A DNA stretch of 64,000 bases from Podarcis melisellensis (lineage: Eukaryota), in NCBI GenBank assembly GCA_964234715.1, contig OZ174278.1; one strand, given 5' to 3'. The notes under the pieces are model-generated. The model was not told where the DNA came from and made no database searches. It saw nothing but the letters and a program-made list of their open reading frames with translations. Numbering within the stretch: the stretch's first letter is position 1; each line of letters opens with the position of its first letter. The translations under genes and the position numbers were made by a program. Of this stretch, positions 1 to 11,984 are shown piece by piece.

Positions 1-164
1 GGATTGAAATGCTGGTCTTGTGATCCCATTGCTTGCCTTCTATAGAAAAGTGTTGTAAAACTTGCACATAAGGAGTTTTCAATGAAAAAAAGTCATTTCT
101 GTACATTGGATCCACCCAAGATTCGCAGGTGTAACGAATGCTGCTCGGAGACAATTTCTTAGTT

Positions 165-181
165 TTTAATTACACTTTAAT
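165..181 (-). promoter_or_regulatory. ARHGAP31: Probable ARHGAP31 polyadenylation signals (two ATTAAA), implying a ~2.6-kb 3' UTR
   Basis: tttaat at 165-170 and 176-181 reads ATTAAA on minus. It sits in an AT-rich stretch with a U-rich tract further downstream on minus (82-90). No transcript evidence. Confidence 0.5.
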
Positions 182-2760
182 ATATTTATATATGTTCTGT
201 TTATATATAAATTTAGCACAATATTAATCAATACAGCTATTTCAAAACTCTGAAGAGAGGAAAAGCTAGCTATAACTTTTGGTTGCAACTTTTGTGGGGC
301 AGGGGAGGGGGGATTGGTCAGTGGGAAGCTGCTCAGACCCTTCTGCATTTTCTTAACCGAAATACTCAAAAGCATTTTAACATACAGAAACACTGCTTTG
401 GGAAACTTCTCTGCTCTTGGCAAAACAGTCAGTGCTCTAAGTTTTATGCAAGTCTTAGGTTTCGTTTAACCAAGGTGGTGCACTGCAGGGGTTAATGGAC
501 TACAACTCCCATCAGCCCCTGTCAGCATGGCCAATAACCAGGGATGATGGGAGTTGAGTCCAACAACATAAGGAGGGTACAATGCTGGCTACCTTTGGAT
601 TAGACGAAGGGGCAATTCCTTCCAACCAGATGAGTTTTGCACTACCTCCCTTCTCATTTAGATAAGTAACTCTTCTGCCACAATTTGAACCAGTGAACTC
701 TTCCTGCTATTCAGATAGTGGAATGATAAACTAACCTACTTCCCTCTGTTCAGACCACCTGTTTCACTCCTACACTGATCCTCCCTTATTTCTACCAGAG
801 AGCACAACCTCATGATACTACTTAAGCTACAAGAAACAACAGCAACAAAAACCAAACAATTCCATCTCTTCTTCCCCCTCTTTCCCAGATCTCATAAGCA
901 GCATAGTGTGGCCCAGCCAAACTGGAGGATACAAAACCCCTAGCAGATGCCCCCTCATTTTTGCTCTATGCACAAACAAACTTGTGTTACCTTGTGGATC
1001 AATCTAAAAAGCCACAATACCTAGTAATTGTTTAGCCAAGAAGATCATTTTCATTTTAATAAAAATAAGCAAAAAGGAAAGGCAGCACGGACCTTTCCTT
1101 CTTTAGAAACAGGCAAACAATGCTCTGGGACTGATGGTGCTCAAATCTACTCTTACCATAATCTTTTAAATGCCCCCACAATGTTTTTGTTGCCAGGCAA
1201 AGTTAGGGTACCCCCCCAAAGGACATCTAGATCTCTGGAGCCTCAGAGAAGAGGTGCCCATTGTGTTTCATGAAGCAGCCATTGTGAAATTCAGTTCTTC
1301 ACCATCAGGGTTGGAAATTCTAGGAAGAAACACATGCATCACAGTAGAAATTCATACACCTCCCTGTCACTATAGAATCCTGCCGCTCTCCAATACAAGC
1401 AAGGCTCCTCCATCGTGCCACCACTTCCATTTTGCATGCCGACATTCACTACAACATAGCTTATCTACATTTTTACTGCCTGTAGCCAACCTAAATGCAC
1501 CCTGGGAAAATGTAACTCAAAAATGCAATGTTGTGACCTGGGCCCTGATCTATGAGAAAACAAAATGTAACGTTTTTAATTCGCCCAGCTTTCAGATGTT
1601 TTCAAGGCTCCCAGTTCCAACTTAGTGACTCACAATTGCGAATTAGCATGGGGATTTCTTCGCTAATCAGATCCTACAACTGTTTCTCGCCACCTACAGT
1701 CCTGATTATGCAGACTGAGTGGCAGCTTAAAGAACAAGCTTATTTTGAGCAAGCAGCAGCAACACTTCTTGAAAGAGAGAAGAAAAACCACGCTGTGATG
1801 TCTTCAAATAAAGAGCAGCACACTATGAAAATACAAGAAATGTGGTTAGGTTGCAGCTTATTGCGACTGCCCTGTCCATCTCTTGCTTCAGCAGCTACCA
1901 AGACCTGTGCCTGATACTGCAGAAAGACTAGCAGGAGGGTGGAAAAGCAGTGCTTTTTGGATAGGGTCAATAGAGACAGCACAGTGGTGGGACTGTCCCG
2001 GCTACCGGGTCGCTAACTCTGCCAATCACTGTGTGCCAGCAGGTAGCCTACATGGCTATTTGTACAAATCCTTGTAGACAATTAATATAAGAACTCTGCA
2101 GTTAGCTCTAAATTATCAAAAATTACAAAGAAACAGGTGCTAGGGGAATAGGACTGTAGACACAAACAGGTGCTTAATGGCAATGGCAGCCTATTGAAGA
2201 AAGCTTTAGCTCAAATGCATCACCATTCCTCTTAAACCACTTAGCTGAGTGCCCATTGAGCACATAACTCTCAGTACAGTAAGTCTGTGCATAAACAAGT
2301 ACAAAGGGAAGGGAAAGCCTATAAGCTTTTAATACAGATGTGGACTGGAACCCCCAGGAATACGACATATCAAGATAAACAAGGAAGCCATTTCAGGAAC
2401 ACGGTGAGGAACGGAGCATTAGTTGCTGAGATGATTCTTGTGATTGTTCTCTGTTGCTGGAAAGCTAAAAGACGAGGAAGAGTCTGGAGAGGGTAGCTTT
2501 GGCTAACATAACAAGGATTGATCTCTTATTTTCTTTCCACATAATTTTGCTTTCATTGGCACACCTTTTGCCAAGGTGGACTCAAGGTCAAATCAACTAA
2601 ACATTCTATCAATCATCAAAGTGACAATCAGTAAAATAAGGGATTGTTGGAAACGACAAAGGAAGTACTTTTTGAGTAGTATGGGTTTAACAATAATCAT
2701 AGTTCTCCGTGTGACCACCCTATCTCATCCACCAGGGAAGAGAGGTGAAGGGAATGGGCC

Positions 2761-5193
2761 TTATTCTATCTGTCTCCCGCTTCTACCATCCAGAATCACA
2801 GACCTTCTCTGGGGTTGGTAGAAGCAGCTTGTGGAAGTCTCTAGTCTTTGGCCATTCTTTGGAATGGTCATCTTGTTCCGAAGTGTGACCCCCTCTGAAG
2901 CTGTCCCTGACAAATCACTGGAAATGGGGCTTGGAGAAGGGGTCTGTAAGGGGCTTCTTATGGGAGAAAGCAACACTCTGGAGTCTGCAGAGGAGGAAGG
3001 ATGGTCCATGATGGGAAAGGGAGGACTAAATAGTATAAGACTCTGAGGTCTTCCTGGTCTAGATCTGTAAGAAGGCTTAGAAACCCCTGAAGACCTCTCC
3101 ATTTTTGAGGACTGGGGATTGTCCCCTGTAGATTCCCCTTCAGAGCTGCGTTTCCGACGAAAAACTGGTGCATCCTGCGTGGAATTGTGATTGGCAAAGG
3201 ATGGTTCTGCCTTTCTACTTGCCGTTGAATCTATAAAGGCTGCATTATTATTTTCCTTCCCCTTCCTTTCCACTGGTGGACTCTTTGGAGGCTGCAGCTG
3301 ACCCTGAGAATTTTCAGTTGACTTGCGTTGACCTACATTGGCTTCTGTTTCTTTATTCTCTGGCGTCCTGCAGTTGGGGTTCTGTGTCTGCAGGGGCTGC
3401 GGGACCTGTGTGTATTGAATCTTAGGTGGTATAACTGGCACAGCTCTAGCCTGGCACATCTTAACCATGAAAGAGGTTCTCACTGCCGAGACGCTCACTG
3501 GAGCAGAGTTGCGGCGACCAGTGGTAGCATGAGCCATCATTATGTAGTCTAGGTCTACGTCTTGGGGGTCAAAGTGAGAACCCCAAAGGTCAGCTTTGTT
3601 TTTGCTCGGACAGGTCACAGGGAGTGATGGAACAGAGTCACTTGTCTTAACTTCTTTTTGCCCACACAGGAAGTGCCTGGGTGGGGTGGGCACAGAAAGA
3701 CTCTCAAAATTAAAAAGGTTGGTTATGGGTAGGACGGAATCCAAATTGAGAGAAGAAGGCCTTGGCCTCCCTTTTCGTGGGATGTCTTCACCTTTACCGG
3801 TCTGTGACTCCTTGACAGAACATAGATCTTTTGTGGCAGAGGTTCCAGGACTATCAGCCTGTTGAATACTTGGTACATCTTTTTCTGGGCTGTTTAAACT
3901 CAAGGAACTGTTCTCAGTATTATATTGTGGCAAAGGAGACTCGGGCTTTGAAAATCCCTGGTCTTCTTTGTCCTCGTATGCTTCCTTCTCACCTGACTTT
4001 TTGTGAGCAACAGGGTAGACCCTGTCATGGCTGGATGACAGTTCTCTGGCTGCAAAGCCTGCTTCGTGGCTCAGAAGTCTCCTGCTTGTCTCATCTGGCT
4101 TAGAAAGCTCCTCTGGACAATTCAGCCAGGCTTCTCCTCCGTCACTTTCTCTCCACTCTGTTTGTGAGGGTTGCTTGACCCCTAATCGGATGTCAGCACA
4201 AAGATGCTCCACATCTGCGCTCTCAAAAGGCAGCTGGATAGCCCGGTGCCTCTTCACAAAGTCTTTACTGTCTAAGGAAAAGCTACGATTGAAACATGGC
4301 TTTTTGAAATGGCTCCTGGTCCCTCCTTGATTCAGTGGCTGAAACTCATGCAGTGCCTTTCCTTGGATGTCCTTGAAGGTAGGGGAGTGGAGTGGGCTGG
4401 TGACCCACTGGTGCTCTTCCCAAGGCTCCACCAGCTCTAAGCTCTGAACATGGTCCACCCACGTATCTTCCTCTTGGTGGTCAAGAGAGTCTCGAGCTTG
4501 ATTCTTCAGTTTACATTCCTTGAGCTGGTGGGCTCCAACTCCACTTAAGGCAACTGAACTCTGTAGGCCTCGGCTCTCTAAAAGCACTTGATCATTTTTT
4601 GCTGCCTGGGTCACAGCAGCACCTTCCTTCTCCCTGTGAAGAAGCCATTCACTACTTTTCCACTCTGGTTGGTCTAGACTCTTTTCTTGAGCAAACGAAG
4701 ACTCATCTCTCAAAAGAGCCATGTTTTCTTGTGGATCTGATGGAAGTTTCCAATCGTCGGGCTGAGATGGATGGACACACCTGATGTTCTCTGTTTCTAA
4801 ACAGTCCTTTGGACAAGGTTTCCCACATGGGATATTTTCCAGTTTTAATGAAGCGGAAGAAGCACCATCTTGCTTTGAAGATAGTTCAGAATCACAAACA
4901 GGTGAGTCCTTTGATCCTTTGGAGGGAGGACTAAACGAATAAATGTGAGGTGCGACTGGTGGATTTCTCACCATGCTTTCTTCTTCAGGTGGTGTCACAG
5001 GCAGCCCAGAACTGCATGGCAAATTGATTGCTTCCAAGGATGAAATCAGTGAAGCACTGGGTTTAAGGTCTCGCTGTTGCTGGCCTGTCTCCAGGACAAG
5101 TGGCAGCTCCTCTTCAGATTCAACAATTTTCAGCTCTTGCTGAATTTCTGGCCACAGAGGTACCATTGAGGCACTGGAATGACCGCCATGAAC
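2761..5193 (-). CDS. ARHGAP31: ARHGAP31/CdGAP terminal coding exon (human exon 12 equivalent), VHGG...DGRSGRQIE*
   Basis: Matches the remembered ARHGAP31 C-terminus (WPEIQQELKI, VEPWEE.QWVTSPLHSPT, RPSSLNLD, GRRNSAPVSVSAVRTSFMVKMCQARAVPVIPPKIQYTQ, RSVILDGRSGRQIE). Acceptor ttttgttcAG at 5194-5195, phase 0. Stop TAA at 2761-2763. Confidence 0.96.
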   Translation of the reverse strand, partial: VHGGHSSASMVPLWPEIQQELKIVESEEELPLVLETGQQQRDLKPSASLISSLEAINLPCSSGLPVTPPEEESMVRNPPVAPHIYSFSPPSKGSKDSPVCDSELSSKQDGASSASLKLENIPCGKPCPKDCLETENIRCVHPSQPDDWKLPSDPQENMALLRDESSFAQEKSLDQPEWKSSEWLLHREKEGAAVTQAAKNDQVLLESRGLQSSVALSGVGAHQLKECKLKNQARDSLDHQEEDTWVDHVQSLELVEPWEEHQWVTSPLHSPTFKDIQGKALHEFQPLNQGGTRSHFKKPCFNRSFSLDSKDFVKRHRAIQLPFESADVEHLCADIRLGVKQPSQTEWRESDGGEAWLNCPEELSKPDETSRRLLSHEAGFAARELSSSHDRVYPVAHKKSGEKEAYEDKEDQGFSKPESPLPQYNTENSSLSLNSPEKDVPSIQQADSPGTSATKDLCSVKESQTGKGEDIPRKGRPRPSSLNLDSVLPITNLFNFESLSVPTPPRHFLCGQKEVKTSDSVPSLPVTCPSKNKADLWGSHFDPQDVDLDYIMMAHATTGRRNSAPVSVSAVRTSFMVKMCQARAVPVIPPKIQYTQVPQPLQTQNPNCRTPENKETEANVGQRKSTENSQGQLQPPKSPPVERKGKENNNAAFIDSTASRKAEPSFANHNSTQDAPVFRRKRSSEGESTGDNPQSSKMERSSGVSKPSYRSRPGRPQSLILFSPPFPIMDHPSSSADSRVLLSPIRSPLQTPSPSPISSDLSGTASEGVTLRNKMTIPKNGQRLETSTSCFYQPQRRSVILDGRSGRQIE

Positions 5194-6454
5194 CTGAACA
5201 AAAATAAAAATAAAACCAGCATTATTGGAAAAACTCTCTCTTGGCAGTTTGCTCTCCCTTTCTTCACAAACAATCACCTTCTTTCCTACATGCTGCATTC
5301 TGGGTAATAAATAAATAAGTTAATCTACACATATGAGCACATGCATATACAGAAGCACACCAATACTTACACACATGTGTAAACTAGAGATGGAGCTCAG
5401 ATGAAGTCTGTTTAGTGATAGCATTGGCTATAGAACTGCCCTTCCTGGGAAACTCACTTGGCTTTGACATTGTTGGCTTTTTGGCACCAACATAAGACTT
5501 TTCTGTTTTCCCAGGTCTTTTAAGATCTGGTTTTATGTCCCTGTGACATGGTTAGTGGTTTTAATGTAAGTATTTGATGTAGTTCTATGTTCCTTAGGGT
5601 ATTTTCATTTAATGCTGGTTGTCTCTTAAGCTTATTATGGTTGTCACTGTGGTACAGTTCTGTCGTTTTTAATCATTGTACAAAACCTACCTATCTGACT
5701 AAATCACGCATGCAAGACCGGCGCAAGACATTTTGCTGCCTGAGGTGAAAAACAAGATGGTGCCCATCTTGTGCCTGTTCTGTGTACAGAAGCTGACTGG
5801 ACTGGCAGTTGGATCTTACTTCAACATGCTGGGTAGGGCAGCATCTTCTATAGCACCTAATGCAAGCAAGCTAGTTTAAGAGTTTAAGGACTGCAGGGTA
5901 GGCTGTGTGGCATACACAGCACTGATTTTCAACACCATTCCACATCCCTAGCATCTGTCGCCCAATGGTAGGGCCAGCCCTGAACACACACCATCTTGTT
6001 AAAACTAGGCATTCTTTAACATATGGATTTTCAAATGCAATTTACAACAGCACAGCAGTTAAAGCATGTACCATGCTGAAAGAAAAACAAATTTCCTTCA
6101 GGCTTTGCATTACACTTTTCTATTTAAAAAAAACAACAACATGCTGCATCAAACATCACATTAAGTAAATACAGACAAATTGAAGTTCATGCCCACTGAC
6201 GGTAGAAATCTTAATTATTTGTCTATGTTGCTCTATTTGGAACCAAATGTTAAAAATGCAAGACATGTTGGGGAGCTCTGGAGGTAGGAATAAGTTTTGC
6301 AACCCCCACACACCTGAAATCATTTCCCCCAAAATTACTTCAAAGGGCACCACTGCCTCCAAAATGCATATATACTGATCCTGGTCTACCTTTTTCTGCA
6401 GCTTGGGAGAATAATTGCACCATTGTCACATGTTTATGATGTTAAAAACTTTTC

Positions 6455-7195
6455 ACCTGCCTCTTTTCTAAACTAAAAAGTCACAAACCCTGCAACCTGT
6501 CCTCATAAGGGAGTGGCTGGATCATTTTGGTTGCCCATTTTTGAAACTTTTTCAGCTCCACAATATCCTTGTTGATGTGAGGATGGCAGATGAAGGTGAT
6601 GGACTATATGGAACTGGTGGAAATGACTGGCAGAATCCGAGACCAGGGAGAAGAGTCAGTAGAAGAAGATTGGAAGAAATTTAAAGACTATCTACAGAAA
6701 CACTGTAAAATTAAGGAATGCTAAAAGGATGTTGGAATGATGTAATGTGGCTTTTGCAGTAATGTTATACAGGGTTAAGGAAGAATGGATTGTTAACAGG
6801 TCAAAATGTAAAGTTACAATATATTAAGATAAATTAGTAAGATAAAAACAAGAATGGAAAGGATTTGCTGAAATAATCAATTGAACTAGAATACAAAAAA
6901 GGGAGGTGTGAGGAGGTCAAGGAAACAAGTAAATGAAAGACAAGACATGGAAAGATGGATTTCTTTTTAATTGTTTTTACTTTTTCTGTATTTTGTATTT
7001 TCTGTTTCTCTTTTTCTTTATTTTTGTAATTTTTTTGAAACTTTAATAAATATTATTAAAAGAAAAGAAAAGATGTGAGGCGACCAGAAGTGCACACAGT
7101 ACCCAAAGTACAGTTGTATTGTAGATTTGTAGAATGGCATTATGATATCAGCAATTTTGTTTTCTATTACTTTCCTAATGATCCCTAGGATGGAC
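6455..7195 (-). mobile_element. Old CR1-type LINE fragment interrupted by an L1 3' fragment
   Basis: The flanks rejoin as ...cagctccacaatatccttgttgatgtgaggcgaccagaagtgcacacagta..., which resembles reverse-strand CR1 RT sequence. Boundaries are approximate. Confidence 0.55.
6583..7071 (+). mobile_element. 5'-truncated L1 (ORF2 C-terminus, 3' UTR and A-rich tail)
   Basis: Encodes WQMKVMDYMELVEMTGRIRDQGEESVEEDWKKFKDYLQKHCKIKEC*, similar to the end of the L1 ORF2 at 54670-54829. AATAAA at 7045-7050. 9-bp TSD GATGTGAGG at 6574-6582 and 7072-7080. Confidence 0.85.
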
Positions 7196-7258
7196 AGAAA
7201 ACATGCAGTCTTTTATGTCAGGCCATGACTCCAACACAAATCCTGACAGGGCTGACCC

Positions 7259-7310
<52 letters not shown>
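7259..7310. repeat. (TTA)n microsatellite, probably the tail of a minus-strand L2-related element
   Basis: About 17 TTA/ATT units, read directly. Confidence 0.9.
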
Positions 7311-7313
<3 letters not shown>

Positions 7314-7716
7314 TGAATTTATATACTGGCCTATATCTGGAGGTCTCAGGGCAGTTCAGAGTCAGACAGTATTGGCACATAATTAGACATTTCATTGTTA
7401 GACTTTCACTGTTAGACTTTCTGTTTGAGCTTACATGGTTTGTCCAAACATATTCAATTGCTTTTTTGTGATTGAGAGTTCTTTCCTTAACTTCCAAATG
7501 TGGGCAGGCTCCCCAAACCTGTCCAGCTCCAGAATTTAGACAGCAGTTTCCAGATAAACATTAGGCTAGGGCAGTGCGAACCACCTGACAGTTAGCATGC
7601 ATTGCTAATGATCAGCTGGAAGCACAAAACCTAAAGACACAATTATTGACAAATGGGTTAATTCCATTTATAGCCTCCCTTTCTTCCACCATGGAACTCA
7701 AAAGTGGCATTCGCAA

Positions 7717-7859
7717 AATCATAGAATTGTTGAGTTGGAGGGGACCATGAAGATCATCTTGTCCAACCCCCTGCAATGCAGGAATTTGTTTTTTACCCAA
7801 TGTGGGGCTCAAACCCACAACCCTGAGATTAAGATTCCCATGCTCTACCAAGTGAGCTA
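7717..7859 (-). mobile_element. SINE with tRNA-Lys(CTT)-derived head and CR1-type tail
   Basis: Minus strand reads tagctcacttggtagagcatgggaatCTTaatctcagggttgtgggtttgagccccacattggg, then attcctgcattgcagggggttggac...ttctatgatt. Confidence 0.8.
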
Positions 7860-8239
7860 ACAGTTTCTAAGCATTGGCCAGACCCAGATCTGCTTGGTTC
7901 AGCCAGAGGTTTTTCTGAATGGGACTTTAAGCCACATCTGGGGACAATACAGCAATCCAAAGAGTGGAGGCAGCATCAGATAAGCAAAGTTATTGTAACA
8001 GGGAGCACTGGAGGAAGACTTTAAGCCCAGGAGGCTTATAGAGGCTTTTAACTGAAAGAAGACAGGTCTGGGACTGCTTAGTAAGGGGTACATGCAAAGC
8101 AATGAACTATAAAGTTGACAGGCGCTTGGTGGAAGGTGGTACAATGCAAAAAAGAAGGTATTGCCAATGGGAGTTGCAGAGAAAACAAGTTTCTTAGCAA
8201 AGTGGTGAGACATTTCCCAACCAATTCAGATGACCATGC

Positions 8240-8395
8240 AATCATAGAGTCGGATGGGACCCCGAGGGTCATCTAGTATAAGTCCCTGCAAGGCAGGAAT
8301 CTCAAACACGCAGTTCCCCATCCAATTTGCAACCATATCAGATCCTACTTAGCTTTGCGAATGTACAGGCAGTTTTATTGCTGCACCACCAGCTG
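8240..8395 (-). mobile_element. SINE3-like element with 5S rRNA-derived head and the same CR1-type tail
   Basis: Minus 8355-8316 aagctaagtaggatctgatatggttgcaaattggatgggg aligns without gaps (29/40) to the vertebrate 5S internal control region aagctaagcagggtcgggcctggttagtacttggatggga. The shared tail follows. Confidence 0.7.
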
Positions 8396-8401
8396 GAGGG
8401 T

Positions 8402-8647
8402 GAGAGCCAGTGTGGTGTAGTGGTTAAGAGCGGTAGTCTCGTAATCTGGGGAACTGGGTTCGCATCTCCGCTCCTCCACATGCAGCTGCTGGGTGACCTT
8501 GGGCCAGTCACACTTCTTTGAAGTCTCTCAGCCCCACTCACCCCACAGAGTGTTTGTTGTGGGGAGGAAGGGAAAGGAGAATGTTAGCCGCTTTGAGACT
8601 CCTTAAGGAGAGTGAAAGGCGGGATATCAAATCCAAACTCCTCCTCC
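8402..8647 (+). mobile_element. Squam3-like tRNA-derived SINE
   Basis: A-box tggtgtagtggttaagagc, MIR/Ther1-like core gtgaccttgggccagtcac and tail aaatccaaactcctcctcc. A second copy lies at ~36408. Confidence 0.75.
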
Positions 8648-8654
8648 AGCAAGC

Positions 8655-9220
8655 AGAGAGGGAGGGGATTTTGGTTTAGCTTCCATTTTAAGGCAAGCCA
8701 GTCTAATGTACATTTCCCACAAAAATATGTGAGCCAAAACACAGCCATCCTTTGAAATTTGCAGTTCTCTGAATCTTGCACTGTACAAATTTTGTACTTT
8801 TTGTTCTCCAACAAAATGTCTATTTAAAATGTGTACAGTAGTACCTCTGGTTAATTTGTTCTGGAGGTCCGTTCTTAAGCTGAAACTGTTCTTATCCTGA
8901 GGTGTGCTTTCGCTAATGGGGCTTCAGGGTTAGTGGAGTGGAGCTTGTAACCCAAAGTGTGTTTAACCAGAAGGGTTCATAACCAGAGGTACTACTGTAT
9001 ACTAAGAGGGCACAAAGATACACATATCAGGGGAAATTGTCTGCAAATATGTGCATATAACTGGCAAAATCATATTTAAAATGAGAGAAATGTGCATTAA
9101 AATGCTAGTGAATTTTTGGGGGGGGACTTAATCTCCTGCCACAAATGGATGTGAAATGTCAGGAGCTGAATTTAAGAGCAGGAAAATGGGAAACTGAAAC
9201 TGAAACCTGTCCCACCCCTA
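8655..9220. mobile_element. Non-autonomous hAT-like element, same family as 19565, 38130 and 42815; interrupted by a Tc1/mariner MITE
   Basis: Shares motifs such as gccatcctttgaaatttgca and aaaatgctagtgaatttt with the other copies. Ends approximate. Confidence 0.5.
8836..8997. mobile_element. Tc1/mariner (pogo/Tigger-like) MITE
   Basis: Perfect 18-bp TIR cagtagtacctctggtta with a TA target duplication on both sides. Confidence 0.9.
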
Positions 9221-9241
9221 GGTTCAACACCTTCTTCTTAC

Positions 9242-9531
9242 CTGCTCCTTTAAAAGTGATGTGTTCTCCACTTTATCCCTTGTCTCTTCCTGTGTCCAAC
9301 AGCCTTGCTCTGGCTTGTCCTTCATCTCTGGTTGGTCCTGGCTTGCTTGGCCTGCCTGTGGCTGGCTTGTTGGGATCTTGACTTGCTGCTTTGGTTCCAG
9401 AGACTGCTTATCTTCTGACTCTTGGCTGCAGCTGCTGTCATTGCTCTTTGCCTCCCAAGTTTTCATTGTTGACTGAGAGGCATTTGTGGACTCCAGCTTG
9501 TTGCCTATTGTTGGTTCTTCAGTAATAGAAT
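9242..9531 (-). CDS. ARHGAP31: ARHGAP31 exon 11 equivalent (290 nt), DSITEEP...LLKEQ
   Basis: Acceptor tttttgcttctgatacAG and donor CAG|GTAAG. Phases 1 and 0 join exons 10 and 12 in frame. The sequence is poorly conserved, so the call rests on splice sites and phase. Confidence 0.82.
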
Positions 9532-10574
9532 CTGTATCAGAAGCAAAAAGAAGAGCTTTAAAAACTTCATTGGGCTGGGGGTGGTGGACCCAGAAATGGT
9601 GTAAGTAAAAGGTGAAAATGGTCACAAGGTGGCCTGAGCTTTCAGCGTGGGCTTCTCTCAATAGCTCCACATTGACTTTCCCCCTCTTTTCTTTATTTTT
9701 ACTGCAATAAGTTCAAAATAGACTAAAAAAAGAAAAAGAGATTTATGCAAATAAAATTTTGCAATAGCCAAGGCAGCCACATGCCTACATGAGAGCTATC
9801 CATGATTTCAATGGGTTTAAGAACACTTATGTCTATTCAGAAATAAATCTCATTAATTTCAATGGGTGAGTGTTCCTAAATAAGTGGGTTGGGTCTATTG
9901 CACCTCTTTTGAACTGAGTGTTCTGTTCAGTGATGTGTTTCACAAGAGACATCTGTACATTCATAGCACGGGGTTCTTCCCGACAGGGGATTAATTTGCA
10001 AGCTGCTTGGGGGCATCACTGCCAATGGCTCTGTTTTCCTTATTGGGTTTCCCCTGGAAAGGGAGAATCTGGATTAAATGTGGTGGGGGTGGGAATATGG
10101 GCTGACATTTTGGTGCCAATGTTGTGTGGGTGCTGCACAACACAGTCTGTAAGCTCTAGGGCTGGGCAATGTATCAATATATTGTCCAAACCCATTTTGA
10201 AGTCTATATTGCAATATCATTTTCATAATTTTAGACCTGGGAATATATCGCTTAATCATGGTGTGCGTGTGTGTGCACATGCTATGCAAAAATCACAATG
10301 TGGGAAAAATTACGAAGCCAACCAATGCTTCTCTCAATTTCTGCAGCTCCTGTTAACTCTGCTGGCTAAGCTCTCCCCTGCCTCCTACAGGAGGCAAATC
10401 ACAAGAGCAGGGACCAGCAAAAATCATGACGTGGGAAAAACCATGAAGCCAGTCAATGCCTCTACATAGCTCCATCCTTATTTCAGACATTGTGATATAT
10501 CAGTATGTTTAATCATTTCTCTTACTATGCTTTTGGAAGTGATTCTTTCAAAGTCCTTTAATGACTATGTGGGA

Positions 10575-10575
<1 letters not shown>

Positions 10576-10616
<41 letters not shown>

Positions 10617-10928
10617 CTGCACATCTGGCTGGGTTTCCCCAGCCACTCTGGGAAGCTCCCAACAGAATATTAAAAGCACGATAAAACATCAAACATTAAA
10701 AACTTCCCTAAACAGGGTTGCCTTCAGATGTCTTCTAAAAGTCAGACAGTTGTTTATTTCCTTGACATCTGATGAGAGAGCATTCCATAGGGCGGACACC
10801 ACTACCAAGAAGGCCCTCTGCCTGGTTTCCTGCCACATCACTTCTCACAGGGAGAGAACTGTCAGAAGGCCCTTGGAGCTGGACCTCGGTGTCTGGGCTG
10901 AACAATGGGGTTGGAGACGCTCCTTCAG
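10576..10928 (-). mobile_element. L2 LINE 3' fragment with (TAA)n tail
   Basis: Highly similar to 55113-55450 (catctggctg..tttccccagccactctggg, aaggccctctg). Lies 70 bp from the exon 10 donor. Confidence 0.85.
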
Positions 10929-10998
10929 CCACATCCAGCTGTTCCTTTCCAGGAGCAAGTTCTCTGCTCAAATTGCTGCAGCCTTCATATAAGCTTAC

Positions 10999-11619
10999 CT
11001 TCTACTGCTTTGGACTCGGGCTTCTTTTCTTCCTTGACGGTGGCATGCTCTGGCTTGCTGTGGCTGTCTGCTTCTGGGATTGTGGAAGCGGCGCTATCCA
11101 ACCCCAAGAAAGAAGATTCCTGTAGGCTCGAGAAGGTGGGCTTCTCTTTAGCCGGCATGCGGCAAGGAGTGCTGTTGATACTGATGACGGCAGACACCCG
11201 AAGGGGCACCGACACAGCAAAGGGCTCTGAAATGTTCAGAGCTTTGCGCTGGTGGCGAGGGGAGGCTTCCAGGGGGAAGAGGGTCCCATGGAACCCCGAT
11301 TTAGCCGTCCCATCATTGGAAGTGTAGAACATACGACACATCTTTGGGGAAGTTTGCTCATTCTCCGGGTCTTCTATGGCACGGAACACTTTCAGTTGCT
11401 CAGGAAGTGGTCTGACATGAGTAGACCGGGCAGCATCGTTCTGCCCACCATCCTCCAAACCACCTTCTGCTCCTTTCACAGCACCCTTTGGATCCCATTC
11501 GCTCTCCTGTTTGCTGAGGTCCGATGAGCTGCTTGGGCCCCCTGTCCGTGGTTTCATCACTGGAACGAAGAACCCTCCAGCCACGACGGTGCGCTTGAAG
11601 TGGCCCTTCTCACCATCTC
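10999..11619 (-). CDS. ARHGAP31: ARHGAP31 exon 10 equivalent (621 nt)
   Basis: Contains PEQLKVFR, SPRHQRKALNISEPFAVSVPLRVSAVIS.NSTPCR. Acceptor cttctccAG, donor AAG|GTAAG, phase 1/1. Confidence 0.93.
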
Positions 11620-11984
11620 CTGGAGAAGGGAGAAAGAGCAAAGCCACTGAGTATTGCCAAAGGTACCCTCATATTCCAAGCACATCTGGGGAAGACAGGG
11701 CAAGAGCCATCAGTCAGATAGAGTTCTTCTGGGTGCTTCTTCAAAGGTTTAGTCACTGAAGAAGCCTCTCTTATGAAGAGTTTCCCAAGTTTATAATGAC
11801 TGAGAAGATACGGCCCCAGCCAGAACAGATCAAAGGGGTATCAAGACCAACATTCCCTTTCCTACGATGGCCAATAGCCAGTTGCCCATTGTAGGAAAGG
11901 ACCTTCCATTATTTGGAAGAGGGAGGGATTTTACTTCTGGGTAGTACAGCCCAGAGACCCTGGTTTTGATTGACGGGATACCTA

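Noticed and set aside
5194-5298. N-terminal 35 aa of the 845-aa ORF as a single-exon gene start
   Set aside because: It is intron read-through. A pyrimidine tract and AG at 5194-5195 join in phase to the upstream exon.
8316-8355. 5S rRNA gene
   Set aside because: Only the internal control region matches (29/40), and it is followed by a CR1-type tail.
9918-10469. 183-aa plus-strand ORF and the many other 60-150 aa ORFs
   Set aside because: They have non-ATG starts or overlap repeats or antisense exons, with no recognisable domains or splice support.
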